Positions 1 through 11,271 of a DNA stretch of 64,000 nucleotides are shown piece after piece. The DNA comes from Holophagales bacterium (GTDB taxonomy: Bacteria > Acidobacteriota > Thermoanaerobaculia > Multivoradales > Multivoraceae), in the NCBI GenBank assembly GCA_009837085.1, contig VXUF01000158.1, positions 666 through 64,665 on the forward strand. The letters are read 5' to 3'. Position numbers and translations under genes: made by a program. How positions within the stretch are numbered: position 1 is the stretch's first letter; every line of letters begins with the position of its first letter. The notes under the pieces were generated by a model, which saw nothing but the letters and a program-made list of their open reading frames with translations, was not told where the DNA came from and ran no database searches.

Positions 1-42
1 GCAGGCCTCGCAGCCGGTGCAGCGGTCGAGATCGATGGCCAT
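1..42 (-). CDS. 4Fe-4S ferredoxin-type iron-sulfur subunit, N-terminal fragment only (ActB2/QrcC-like); gene runs off the left edge
   Basis: Reverse strand from ATG at 42..40 reads MAIDLDRCTGCEAC, a first CxxCxxC ferredoxin motif. It starts 11 nt after the stop of the molybdopterin-family gene. Confidence 0.55.
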   Translation of the reverse strand, partial: MAIDLDRCTGCEAC

Positions 43-53
43 GCCCCAACGCG

Positions 54-2354
54 TCATGCCTTCCCTCCATCGTGCGGCGCCCAGCCGACCGGTATCTCCT
101 CGGCCTGCCGCAGGCCGCGGCCGTAGATCACGGGCCGCTCGCTGCGGCGCGGCCGGCGCAGCCGTTCCAGCCGCACGCGCAGATCGCCTCGGGCGAAAGC
201 GCCCACGCCCGTCACCCGGCGATCCGGGGTCAGCAGAGCATTCACGTTGACACCGCGCCCGCGCGCGTAGCGTCCGTAGTCCGCGTGGCCGCCGCCGACC
301 GGCACGCCGACGGAGCCCGGCCGCACCGTGGGCAGCACCATCGCCGGCAGTTCGATCTCGGCCACGGTTCCGGTCAGCCGCACGATGTCGCCCGTGTGGA
401 TTCCGAGACGGTCCGCGTCCTCTGTAGCGACTTCGGCCCACGTTCCCCACATGACGGTCGACAGAGGGTCCGGCAGCTCCTGCAGCCATGGGCGGTTGGC
501 GCCACGCCCGTCGCCCAGCTTCAGCGACTCGAAGGGAACCAGCGTGAAGGATTCAACGCCCGCCGGACCAACCGGTGCCGCCCGGCCGGCCGGGTCGGGA
601 AGCACCGAAGGCATGTCGTTTCCACCGTCCCGAGGAAGCCGCGTCGGCGCGCGGCGCAGCTCTTCGGTTCCCAGCAGCCCACCGGCATCCGTCGTCCGGC
701 GCACGAACTGCCGGGCGTTGAGCGCGCCGGCGATCAGAGACGCCGGCAAGGCCGCCGGGTCGCTTGCGTCGTCGCCGGCCGCCCTCGTCGCCGTGAAGGC
801 GTCGCTCAGCGCCGACTCGACGGCCTCCTGGAATCCGGGCCAGGGCAGAGCGCGACCGGCGGCCGCGGCCAGCGCCAGCGCCACATCGCCCGGATGGCGC
901 GCCTCGCCGCGCGGCGCCACCGTCGGCGAGGCGATGAGCAGGGCCGGAACGCCACGCACCGGGTCCGGCTCCACCGCCTGGAAGCGCTCAAGGTCCGTCT
1001 GGACCGGCAGCACGACATCGGCCCGCAACGTGGTGTCGTCGAAGAAGGCGGAGCAAGCGATCACCGTGCCGGCGCGCTCGAAGCCGGCCTCGAGCCCCGG
1101 CACTCCGTGCAGCGGATCGGCCTCCGACACAACGAGAACCCCCGAATCGCCGTCCCCGGCCAGCCGGTCCGCCAGCGCCGCAGGCGGCAACGCCGCGGTG
1201 GCGTCGCCGGCAAGCCGCTCTTCGAAACCGAAGTCGACGCCGGCGAAGACGCCGCCCACGCGGCCCACCGCGCCCAGTAGCAGGTTGAGAGCGAGTGCCG
1301 CAGCGCCCGCTGCCACGCCGTTCTCGCCTTCGAGCGCCGATCCGCCGACCATCACCAACGGGCGGCGGGCGCTGGCAAGCTCGGCGGCGAGCCGCTCGAT
1401 GCGCTCGGCATCGATACCGCAGCGCTCGGCAGTCGCCGCAAGGTCGGGCGGCGCTTCGGGATAGAGCGCCTCGTAGGCCGACCGCCCCTCTTGCCCGACC
1501 GTTCCCGACCCCAGCAGGAGTCCGGCCAGACCGCGCGCGAAGAACCCTTCGCTGCCCGGCCGGACCGGCAGCCAAGCGTCGGCGTTCGCCGCGGTCAGTG
1601 AGTGCCGCCCCTCGACCTGCACCAGCTTGCCCCGCCGATCGGCGGTCAGTTCGGCCCAAGCGGCACCGAAGTGGACGGGACTTCGCCAGCGGTCCAGGAG
1701 GGGAGCCCCGACAGAGACAACGTAGTCGGACCGGGCCAGGTCGTAGGCCGGGCGGGTCGACTCCCCGAAGACCAGACGAGCAGCTTCGCGCTCGACGACC
1801 GCGTCGGCCGGCTGCCAGTGAACCGGCGGTGGTGCACCGACCGAGACGGCGAACCGGCGCCACAAGCCAAGGAGTGGTCCCGACGGCCCGCCCGAGACGA
1901 ATGTCGTCACTCCCGGCGAGGCCGCAATCGCCCCTGCCGCGGCCTTCAGCGCCTCCTCCCAGGACACCGGCTCCAACTCACCCGAAGCGCCGCGCCGCAT
2001 CGGCTCCGTCACCCGGTCCGGGTGATACAGCTCCTGCAGCGCCGAGTGCCCCAGCGCGCAGACGCCGCCCCGGTTGACGAAGCCGGACGGCAACCCCTCG
2101 ATCTTCTTCGCCAGCCGGTCGACCGTCCGCACTTCGATCTCGCAACCGGCGCCGCACTGCTCGCAGATCGAGCGGCGCCACACCGAGGCGCCGGGCAGAG
2201 CCGTACTCCGCCGCACCGGTGACTCGATCAGCTCCTGATCACGCCGCCGGCAGCCCTGAAGCACCGCCACGCCCGCCGCGGCGTAGACCTTGAAGAAGTC
2301 CCGCCGCCCGATCGTCACCCGGGGTTCGCCGCGCTTGCCGTCGCCGCCGCTCAT
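54..2354 (-). CDS. actB: Molybdopterin-oxidoreductase-family subunit with twin-arginine signal (alternative complex III ActB1-like)
   Basis: ORF 54..2366. It has a RRDFFK twin-arginine motif and the cysteine cluster CEQCGAGCEIEV...GGVCALG, and is about 765 aa. ATG at 2354 overlaps the upstream stop (TGATG). It sits between a pentaheme cytochrome c gene and a 4Fe-4S gene. Confidence 0.75.
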   Translation of the reverse strand: MSGGDGKRGEPRVTIGRRDFFKVYAAAGVAVLQGCRRRDQELIESPVRRSTALPGASVWRRSICEQCGAGCEIEVRTVDRLAKKIEGLPSGFVNRGGVCALGHSALQELYHPDRVTEPMRRGASGELEPVSWEEALKAAAGAIAASPGVTTFVSGGPSGPLLGLWRRFAVSVGAPPPVHWQPADAVVEREAARLVFGESTRPAYDLARSDYVVSVGAPLLDRWRSPVHFGAAWAELTADRRGKLVQVEGRHSLTAANADAWLPVRPGSEGFFARGLAGLLLGSGTVGQEGRSAYEALYPEAPPDLAATAERCGIDAERIERLAAELASARRPLVMVGGSALEGENGVAAGAAALALNLLLGAVGRVGGVFAGVDFGFEERLAGDATAALPPAALADRLAGDGDSGVLVVSEADPLHGVPGLEAGFERAGTVIACSAFFDDTTLRADVVLPVQTDLERFQAVEPDPVRGVPALLIASPTVAPRGEARHPGDVALALAAAAGRALPWPGFQEAVESALSDAFTATRAAGDDASDPAALPASLIAGALNARQFVRRTTDAGGLLGTEELRRAPTRLPRDGGNDMPSVLPDPAGRAAPVGPAGVESFTLVPFESLKLGDGRGANRPWLQELPDPLSTVMWGTWAEVATEDADRLGIHTGDIVRLTGTVAEIELPAMVLPTVRPGSVGVPVGGGHADYGRYARGRGVNVNALLTPDRRVTGVGAFARGDLRVRLERLRRPRRSERPVIYGRGLRQAEEIPVGWAPHDGGKA

Positions 2355-3097
2355 CACCGGTGGCACTCCAGACAGTCATCACTGGCCTCGTTCTCGCGGT
2401 GACACTCAACGCACCAGCCCATGTCGGCCACATTCCGCACCGGCTCGGCCACCGTCATCGAAGCCACGTCACCGTGGCACGTCAAACACTCGACCCCCGC
2501 CCGGGCATGCGCCCTGTGGTTGAAGTGCACCATCGCCGAGTCGGGAATCACATTGACCTTCGCCCACAGGATCGGCTCCCGGTTCTCACTCGCGAGCATC
2601 ACCTTCTGAACCTCGGGATGATCGGGAATCTCCCGCCGATGGCAGCCCGCACAGGCCTGCACCGACGGCATCCCCGCATGAACCCCCTCCTCCGCACCCC
2701 GATGGCAACGAACGCACTCCAACCCGGCCTCGATATGAACCTGGTGGTCATAAGCAATCGGTTGCTCCGGGGTGGGCAGATTCTGCCTGGGCCCACAGCC
2801 CACCAACGAGACGGTCACCCCGAGCAAGAGGAACCCCCGCCAAGACGAATCCGATCTGGAACTCAGGCGCTGCCGAAGCGCCGACGCCGTCCAACCGGGA
2901 GCGTGGCCGGAGGGCCTTCCCAGCGGGCTGGAGGCAAGCGACTGCCCATCCGTTCCCGTTGCCGGCTCCGAACCGGAGCGCAGCCGACCGAAGCGAGCGC
3001 GGCCTTCCCCGTCACCCAGAGAGCGTGAGCGGCCGCTGGGAAGGCCCTCCGGCCACGTACCGGGCGGGTGCAACCGACGACGCCACGCCAAAGCCAC
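2354..3097 (-). CDS. actA: Pentaheme c-type cytochrome (ActA-like); start codon uncertain
   Basis: Five CxxCH motifs (CVRCH, CAGCH, CLTCH, CVECH, CLECH) follow a hydrophobic segment ending LVGCG (lipobox-like). The first ~90 codons of the ORF run through a 25-bp inverted repeat and look non-coding. The only nearer in-frame starts are TTG 2827 and GTG 2818. Confidence 0.7.
   Translation of the reverse strand: MALAWRRRLHPPGTWPEGLPSGRSRSLGDGEGRARFGRLRSGSEPATGTDGQSLASSPLGRPSGHAPGWTASALRQRLSSRSDSSWRGFLLLGVTVSLVGCGPRQNLPTPEQPIAYDHQVHIEAGLECVRCHRGAEEGVHAGMPSVQACAGCHRREIPDHPEVQKVMLASENREPILWAKVNVIPDSAMVHFNHRAHARAGVECLTCHGDVASMTVAEPVRNVADMGWCVECHRENEASDDCLECHR
2902..3057. repeat. Perfect 25-bp inverted repeat (arms 2902..2926 and 3033..3057) around a 106-nt spacer
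   Basis: cgtggccggagggccttcccagcgg at 2902..2926 is the exact reverse complement of ccgctgggaaggccctccggccacg at 3033..3057. The spacer holds a further small hairpin (gctccg aac cggagc). Confidence 0.85.
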
Positions 3098-3109
3098 CGC
3101 GGCCGCGCC

Positions 3110-3721
3110 TCAGACCTCGCGGATCCGCTGGTACGAGGGGACTTCCTGCAGGCCCGTCCAGTAGCGGCGGACGTTGTCGCCGAAGTCGTCGATGCCTAGC
3201 GAGGCCGCGAGCTTCAGGCCGTAGCCGACGCAGATGTCGGCGATCGTGAACCGGCCGCAGCAGAGAAAGTCACGGCCGTCCGAGGTCGCCGACTCGACCA
3301 GCCGCAACCGGCCCAGGAACCACTTCCTGTAGTCCTCGGCGACCTGGGGGACGCGGCGTTCCTCGGGCTCCAGCCGCGTGTAGCGCAGGAACAGCGTCTG
3401 CGGAAAGGTCAGCGTCGCGTCGCTGTAGAACAGCCAGTTCAGGTACGCGCCGTACTCCGGGTCGTCCACGTCGACGGCGAGCGGCGTCGGACCGTAGCGG
3501 TCGACCAGGTACTTGGCAATGCCCGAAGACTCCGTCATGTGAACGTCGCCGTCGATCATGTAGGGAACCGTGCCGAGGAGGTTGGTGCCGAGGTAGTCCT
3601 TCTTGAACACCCGCGGCGGGAAGGGCAAGACGTGCAGGTCGTAGTCGATGCCCATCTCCTCCAGCGTCCACACTGCACGCAGCGACCGGGCGCCCTGGCA
3701 GTGGTAGAGCTGAATCGTCAC
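3110..3721 (-). CDS. Glutathione S-transferase family protein
   Basis: GST-like sequence begins at VTIQLYHCQGARSLRAVWTLEEMGIDYDL. GTG at 3721 overlaps the upstream stop as GTGA. About 203 aa, with a thioredoxin-like N-domain and a helical C-domain. Confidence 0.8.
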   Translation of the reverse strand: MTIQLYHCQGARSLRAVWTLEEMGIDYDLHVLPFPPRVFKKDYLGTNLLGTVPYMIDGDVHMTESSGIAKYLVDRYGPTPLAVDVDDPEYGAYLNWLFYSDATLTFPQTLFLRYTRLEPEERRVPQVAEDYRKWFLGRLRLVESATSDGRDFLCCGRFTIADICVGYGLKLAASLGIDDFGDNVRRYWTGLQEVPSYQRIREV

Positions 3722-4521
3722 GAGGACTCTCCGCCGGACCCGACAGCTGCCGCCCAGCTCGGCTTGCGCTTCTCGCGGAAGGCCGCCATGCCCTCGGCCG
3801 CCTCCTCGCTCTGGAACATGCGCCGGCTCCAGCCCTGGGTCAGCTCGAAGCCCTCGGCGAGCGAGATGTCGGGGACCGCCCGGACCAGCTTCTTGCACTC
3901 GACGACCGCGTTCGGGCCGCCCAGGTTGATCGCGTCGATCTCCTCCTGGACCGTCGCCATCAGCTCGTCGCGAGGCACCGACTTGTGGGCGAGGCCGTAC
4001 TCCACCGCCTGACGGCCGCTGAACCGGTCTCCGGTCAGGAACAGCCGCATGCCGTGGTGCGGCCCCAGCTTGCGCAGGCAGACGACCGCGATGATCGCCG
4101 GGATGACGCCGATCCGCACCTCGCTGAAGCTGAACATCGCCTCCTCGGCGGTGATCACGAGGTCCGAGGCCGCGACCATGCCCAGGCCGCCAGCGAAGGC
4201 GTGGCCGTTCACGGCGGCGATCACCGGCTTCTCGCCCTCCCAGATCGCGGTCAGCACGTCCGGATACGGCACGATCCGGTCCGGCTCGCTTTCGCCCGGT
4301 TGCCGTTTGAGATCAGCGCCCGAGCAGAAGCCCTTGCCGGCCCCGGTGATGACGATCGAGCGCACGCTGTCGTCGGTCTGCGCCGCGGCCAGGTGGTCAT
4401 GGACCTCCGTGACCAGCGTCGGCGACAGCGCGTTCCGCCGTTCCGGACGGTTCAGCGTGATCCAGGCAGCGCCGCTCTTGACCTCGTAGAGCGTGCACTC
4501 CGTACCAGGCTGGTTCGACAT
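3718..4521 (-). CDS. Enoyl-CoA hydratase/isomerase (crotonase) family, methylglutaconyl-CoA-hydratase-like by context
   Basis: Crotonase signature ITGAGKGFCSGADLK, 267 aa, directly downstream of the two acyl-CoA carboxylase subunits. Confidence 0.85.
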   Translation of the reverse strand: MSNQPGTECTLYEVKSGAAWITLNRPERRNALSPTLVTEVHDHLAAAQTDDSVRSIVITGAGKGFCSGADLKRQPGESEPDRIVPYPDVLTAIWEGEKPVIAAVNGHAFAGGLGMVAASDLVITAEEAMFSFSEVRIGVIPAIIAVVCLRKLGPHHGMRLFLTGDRFSGRQAVEYGLAHKSVPRDELMATVQEEIDAINLGGPNAVVECKKLVRAVPDISLAEGFELTQGWSRRMFQSEEAAEGMAAFREKRKPSWAAAVGSGGESS

Positions 4522-4552
4522 GCAGATCCTCCTCGCGTCAACGTGCCGCGAC

Positions 4553-6556
<2,004 letters not shown>

Positions 6557-6577
6557 GCCGCCCTCATCGCGCCGTCG

Positions 6578-8209
6578 CTACATCCTGAAGACGGCATAGC
6601 CCTTCGCCCCCTCGACGGCCCGGCTGTGGCAGGCCGACAGCGACAGACCGAGCACGGTGCGGGTGTCGCGCGGGTCGATCATCCCGTCGTCGGAAACCCG
6701 TGAGGTCGCGTAGAGACCCAGGGAGCGCTTCTCCGCCCAGTGGATGACCCCGGCGGCTCTCTTCCGGTCCGCCTCCTCGTCGAAGGGGATGCCGCGCCGC
6801 TTCGCCGCCGCGCGGGTGACGATCGTCATCACGCCGGCCATCTGTTCCGGCCCCATGACCGCGATCTTGGCGGTCGGCCAGATGTAGGTGAAGCGAGTGC
6901 CGTACGCGCGACCGCTCATGCCGTAGTTGCCGGCCCCGTACGAGGCGCCGACGATGACCGAGAGGTGCGGTACGGTCGAGTTCGCCACCGCGTTGATCAT
7001 CTTCGAGCCGTTCTTCGTGATGCCGCCCTGCTCGTAGTCGGTGCCGACGATGTAGCCGGTGATGTTGTGCAGGAACAGGAGCGGCACGTCGATCTGGTTG
7101 CAGAGCTGGATGAACTGGGTCGCCTTCTCCGCCGATTCGGAGAACAGGGCGCCGTTGTTGCCCAGGATGCCGACCGGATAGCCGTGAATCGAGGACCAGC
7201 CGCAGACGATCGTCGGTCCGTAGAGCGGCTTGAACTCCTCGAACCGCGATCCGTCGACGATACGGCCGATGACCTCACGGATGTCGAGCGGCGAGCGCAG
7301 GTCACGCGAGACGAGGCCAAGCAGCTCATCGGGATCGAGCACCGGGTCATCGGGCGGCAGGCTCGGGCCGGGGCCTTCCTTGCGCCAGTTCAGATGGGCG
7401 ATGACATCGCGGCAAAGCCGGATGCCGTCCATCTCGTCCTGCGCCAGGTAGTCGCCGAGGCCCGAGATGCGACAGTGCATGTCCGCACCGCCGACGCTTT
7501 CCGGCTCCGCGTCTTCGCCGGTCGCCATCTTGACCAGGGGCGGACCGCCGAGCGAGACCATCGCCTGGTTCTTCACGAAGATGTTGTAGTCGCTCATTCC
7601 CGGTTGGTAGGCGCCGCCGGCGGTCGAGGCGCCGAAAACGATCGAAACCGTCGGTATCCGCATCTTGGACAGTTCGGAGATCTCGTAGAACAGCCGGCCG
7701 GACTCGGCGAAGTGCCCGAGCGTGCGCTTCGTCTGCGCATCCGGATCGTCGCCCGTGTTGCCGCGCAGGTCGGCGCCCGCGGACTCCACGAACTGGACGT
7801 AGGGCAGCCGGTTGATCCGCGCGATCTCCAGGCCGCGCATCAGCTTCTTCGAGTTGAACTCGTTGAAGGCACCCGCCCGCACCGACGGGTCGTGGCCGAG
7901 GATCACGCACTCCGTGCCCGAGATCACGCCGACGCCGAGCACGAACCCGGAGCCGACCGTGTAGTACGAGTTCCAGGCCGCGAGCGGCGAGATCTCGAGG
8001 AACGGACTGTCCCGGTCGAGGGCGTTCGCCACCCGTTCGCGCACCGGCAGCCTGCCGCGGCTCCGCAGGCGGTTCATCGCCTCGGGGCCGCCGCCGCCGG
8101 CCACCTGCTCGAGCAGGTCGTTGACCTGGTCTATCTGTTCCAGGACGTCGGCGCGGTTCTTCTTGAACTGCTCCGACCGGACGTCGACGTTGGATCTGAG
8201 AGCCTGCAT
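6578..8209 (-). CDS. Acyl-CoA carboxylase beta subunit (carboxyltransferase), methylcrotonyl-/geranyl-CoA carboxylase type
   Basis: 543-aa two-domain carboxyltransferase. The N-terminal RLRSRGRLPVRERV segment is typical of MCCase beta. It lies next to the alpha subunit. Confidence 0.9.
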   Translation of the reverse strand: MQALRSNVDVRSEQFKKNRADVLEQIDQVNDLLEQVAGGGGPEAMNRLRSRGRLPVRERVANALDRDSPFLEISPLAAWNSYYTVGSGFVLGVGVISGTECVILGHDPSVRAGAFNEFNSKKLMRGLEIARINRLPYVQFVESAGADLRGNTGDDPDAQTKRTLGHFAESGRLFYEISELSKMRIPTVSIVFGASTAGGAYQPGMSDYNIFVKNQAMVSLGGPPLVKMATGEDAEPESVGGADMHCRISGLGDYLAQDEMDGIRLCRDVIAHLNWRKEGPGPSLPPDDPVLDPDELLGLVSRDLRSPLDIREVIGRIVDGSRFEEFKPLYGPTIVCGWSSIHGYPVGILGNNGALFSESAEKATQFIQLCNQIDVPLLFLHNITGYIVGTDYEQGGITKNGSKMINAVANSTVPHLSVIVGASYGAGNYGMSGRAYGTRFTYIWPTAKIAVMGPEQMAGVMTIVTRAAAKRRGIPFDEEADRKRAAGVIHWAEKRSLGLYATSRVSDDGMIDPRDTRTVLGLSLSACHSRAVEGAKGYAVFRM

Positions 8210-8314
8210 TCGGAAACCGCCGCTAGCGGCTAAGCGGCGACGGGAAGTCTGCGTGAAGAGCGGCGATCATGTCAGATCGGATCCGCTTCGTGTAGCCGCC
8301 ACACCAACGCCGAC

Positions 8315-9916
8315 TCAGGCCGCGCTGTAGGCCCCCTTCCGCCACTCCTCCACCAGCACGAACTTCTGGATCTTGCCGGACGGCGTCAGCGGGAACTCGT
8401 CGACCCGGTACCAGACCTTGGGCGTCTTTTGCGGAGACAGGTTCTCGCGGCAGTAGGTGTGGAGTTCGCCGTCGCTCGCCGGGTTCGACGGGTCGGCGTC
8501 GCGGACGAAGGCGCCGACGATCTCGCCCCAACGCTCGTCCGGCAGGCCGACCACCGCGACGTCCGCAACCTGCGGGTGCTCGAACAGCAGCTCCTCGATC
8601 TCGCGCGGATAGATGTTCTCGCCGCCGCGGATGATCATGTCCTTCAACCGGCCGGTGATCGTCGTGTAACCGCGGTCGTCCATCGTCACCAGGTCGCCGG
8701 TGTGGAGCCAGCCGCCTTCGTCGATCGTCTCGGCGGTCTTGTCGGGCATCTCGAAGAACCCGAGCATGACCAGGTAGCCGCGGCAGCAGAGTTCGCCCTG
8801 TTCGCCGATCGGCAACGTGGCGCCGGTCGAGGGGTCGATCACCTTCATCTCGGTCTGCGGCAGCACCGGACCGAGCGTGTTCGCCTTGTCCTCCTCGCTG
8901 TCGTCCGGCTTCATCAGCGTGACGCCGGGCGACGCCTCGGTCTGCCCGTAGATGATCGAGAACTGCACTCCGAGCGTCCGCTCGATCCGACGCACCAGGT
9001 CGGCCGGCACCGTCGCCCCGCCCGAGCAGACGGTGTGGACGGACGACAGGTCGCGGCTGGCGAAGTCGGGATGCTCCATCACCGCGATCAGCATCGTCGG
9101 CACGCCGAGCAGGTGGGTGGCCTTCAGCTCTTCGACCAGCGCCAGCATGAGCCCGGGTTCGAACATGACCAGGTTGACCAGGGTCGCCTGGTGCTGGCAC
9201 GGGCCGAGGACGCCCAGCACGCAGCCGCCCGTGTGGAACAGGGGCATCGGGTTGACGTAGGCGTCGCCGGGCGTGACACCCAGACGCTCAGCGACGAAAC
9301 GGGCGTTGTTCGTGATCCCGCGGTGGTGGAGGTAGGCGCCCTTGGGGAAACCCGTGGTTCCCGACGTGTACTGGATCTGGACCGGATCGTCCGGACTCAC
9401 CTCGGGAAGCTCGACGTCGTCGGGCGCCGAGGCCAGGAACTCCTCGAACTCGTCGAACGGGATGATCTCCCGGAGTTCAGGCAGGCCGGCCGCCACCTGC
9501 TTCAGAGACTCCTCCATCGGATTGCCGCGGAACGAGCGCAGGTAGAAGATGCCGGACGACCGGGACTGCCGCAGCACGTACTCGAGTTCCTTCGGCTGGT
9601 AGGCCGGGTTGACCGTCACCAGGACCACGCCCGCGAGTCCCGCGCCGTACTCGAGCAGCACCCACTCCGGGATGTTCGGCGCCCACACGGCGACGCGGTC
9701 GCCCTTCTCGAAGCGGGCAGCCAGCGCCCGCGCCACGCGCTCCGCGTCGGTCAGGAGTTCGGCGTAGGTCCAGGTTCGCCGCTCCCCCGGCACGCCCTCG
9801 ATCAGCGCAACCGTGTCCGGGGCCTTTGCCGCGGCTTCGCGGAGAATGCCGCCGACCGTCGTCTCGAGGACGGGTGAACTGGTGTCGGCGGGAACGTAGC
9901 TCTCGGTCAGCGACAT
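8315..9916 (-). CDS. AMP-dependent acyl-CoA synthetase/ligase
   Basis: Adenylate-forming motifs YTSGTTGFPKGA and GDLVTMDDRGYTTITGRLKD, 533 aa. Confidence 0.9.
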   Translation of the reverse strand: MSLTESYVPADTSSPVLETTVGGILREAAAKAPDTVALIEGVPGERRTWTYAELLTDAERVARALAARFEKGDRVAVWAPNIPEWVLLEYGAGLAGVVLVTVNPAYQPKELEYVLRQSRSSGIFYLRSFRGNPMEESLKQVAAGLPELREIIPFDEFEEFLASAPDDVELPEVSPDDPVQIQYTSGTTGFPKGAYLHHRGITNNARFVAERLGVTPGDAYVNPMPLFHTGGCVLGVLGPCQHQATLVNLVMFEPGLMLALVEELKATHLLGVPTMLIAVMEHPDFASRDLSSVHTVCSGGATVPADLVRRIERTLGVQFSIIYGQTEASPGVTLMKPDDSEEDKANTLGPVLPQTEMKVIDPSTGATLPIGEQGELCCRGYLVMLGFFEMPDKTAETIDEGGWLHTGDLVTMDDRGYTTITGRLKDMIIRGGENIYPREIEELLFEHPQVADVAVVGLPDERWGEIVGAFVRDADPSNPASDGELHTYCRENLSPQKTPKVWYRVDEFPLTPSGKIQKFVLVEEWRKGAYSAA

Positions 9917-9975
9917 CGTGCTCTCCTCTCGGTGCTTGAGTCGTGAATCGTAGCCCCTTGCTACCCTTCGCGCCC

Positions 9976-10965
9976 ATGACCGAACCAGTCGCCGAGAAGA
10001 TCCTCGAGTCCCTCTACCGGGTCGTCGTGCCGCTGCCGCGGAACCCGCTCAAGGAAGTGAACTGCTACGTCTTCGTCGAGGACGACCGCTTCCTCGTCAT
10101 CGACACGGGCATGAACCGTCCCGAGTGCCGCGAGGTTCTGACGGCGGGGCTCGACGAGATCGGCGTCGACCTCGAGAAGACCGATTTCCTGGCGACCCAC
10201 CTCCACGCCGACCACCACGGCCTGATCCCGGAACTTCTGCGACCAGACCGCACTGCATCGATGGGCGCCATCGACGCCGCGGCGATGGGCCGGACCCACG
10301 GCGGCTGGTCCGAGAACAGCCCGATGGGCGTCTACCTCAGGCGCAGCGGTTTCCCGCCCGAGGAGCTGGCCGAGTCGTTCCGGCGCCACCCGGGCGCCCG
10401 CTTCAGCGGCCAGATGATCCAGTACGCGCCGCTGTACGAGGGTGACGTGATCGAGATCGCCGGCTATCGGCTCGAGGTCATCGACACGCCGGGCCACACG
10501 TTCGGGCACATCTCGCTCTACGACCGCGCGAAGCGCCTCTTCATCGCCGGCGATCACATCCTGGGCGACATCACGCCGAACATCCAGGCCTGGGCCGACG
10601 ACCATGATCCGTTGGGCCTCTACCTGGAGAGCGTCGCCAAGGTCGAGGCGCTCGACGTGGACCTCTGCCTGCCCGGCCACCGCAGCCTGATTCACGACTT
10701 CAAGGGCCGCTGCCGGGAACTTCGCGAACACCACCAGGTCCGCGGCCAGGAGGTCCTCGACATCCTGCGCGCGAACGGCAGCCGCAACGCCTACCAGACC
10801 GCCAGCGAAATGACCTGGGACATCCGCGCCAAATCCTGGGACGACTTCCCGATCATGCAGCGCTGGTTCGCGACCGGCGAGGCGATCGCGCACCTGCGCT
10901 GGCTTGAGGACCTGGGAGAGCTACGGCGGGAAGAGGCTGGCGAGCGGATTCTCTACAGCGCCTGA
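9976..10965 (+). CDS. MBL-fold metallo-hydrolase
   Basis: HxHxDH motif HLHADHHG plus later His/Asp ligands (DTPGHTFGH, LPGH). ATG 9976 is preferred over GTG 9943. Confidence 0.8.
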   Translation: MTEPVAEKILESLYRVVVPLPRNPLKEVNCYVFVEDDRFLVIDTGMNRPECREVLTAGLDEIGVDLEKTDFLATHLHADHHGLIPELLRPDRTASMGAIDAAAMGRTHGGWSENSPMGVYLRRSGFPPEELAESFRRHPGARFSGQMIQYAPLYEGDVIEIAGYRLEVIDTPGHTFGHISLYDRAKRLFIAGDHILGDITPNIQAWADDHDPLGLYLESVAKVEALDVDLCLPGHRSLIHDFKGRCRELREHHQVRGQEVLDILRANGSRNAYQTASEMTWDIRAKSWDDFPIMQRWFATGEAIAHLRWLEDLGELRREEAGERILYSA

Positions 10966-10986
10966 AGGCGCTATCGAGTCCAGCAT

Positions 10987-11247
10987 TCACTCCAGCGGCG
11001 CGATCTTCCCCAGGTCTTCCGAGCGCTGTCCGCGCTTCCAGGCTTGCCGCAACTCATCCCGGTGCAGGTCGGCCCACTCCATCACGAGGCCGAGGGCTCG
11101 CGGCGGGAGGCGGCCCTTCAGCACGGTCAGCCTCTCGATGCCGATCAACACAACGGCGCCGCCGTATCGGACGTGGAAGTGGGCCGGAGGCGTGTCTCCA
11201 CACTCCATCTCGACGACGATTCCATAGAAGCGACTGACTTCATGCAT
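10987..11247 (-). CDS. DUF4160-family small protein
   Basis: 86 aa. The pattern FYGIVVEM...PPAHFHVRYG is typical for DUF4160. No DUF2442-type partner gene is adjacent. Confidence 0.7.
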   Translation of the reverse strand: MHEVSRFYGIVVEMECGDTPPAHFHVRYGGAVVLIGIERLTVLKGRLPPRALGLVMEWADLHRDELRQAWKRGQRSEDLGKIAPLE

Positions 11248-11271
11248 CAGAGCGGCGGCTCCTCACTGTTC

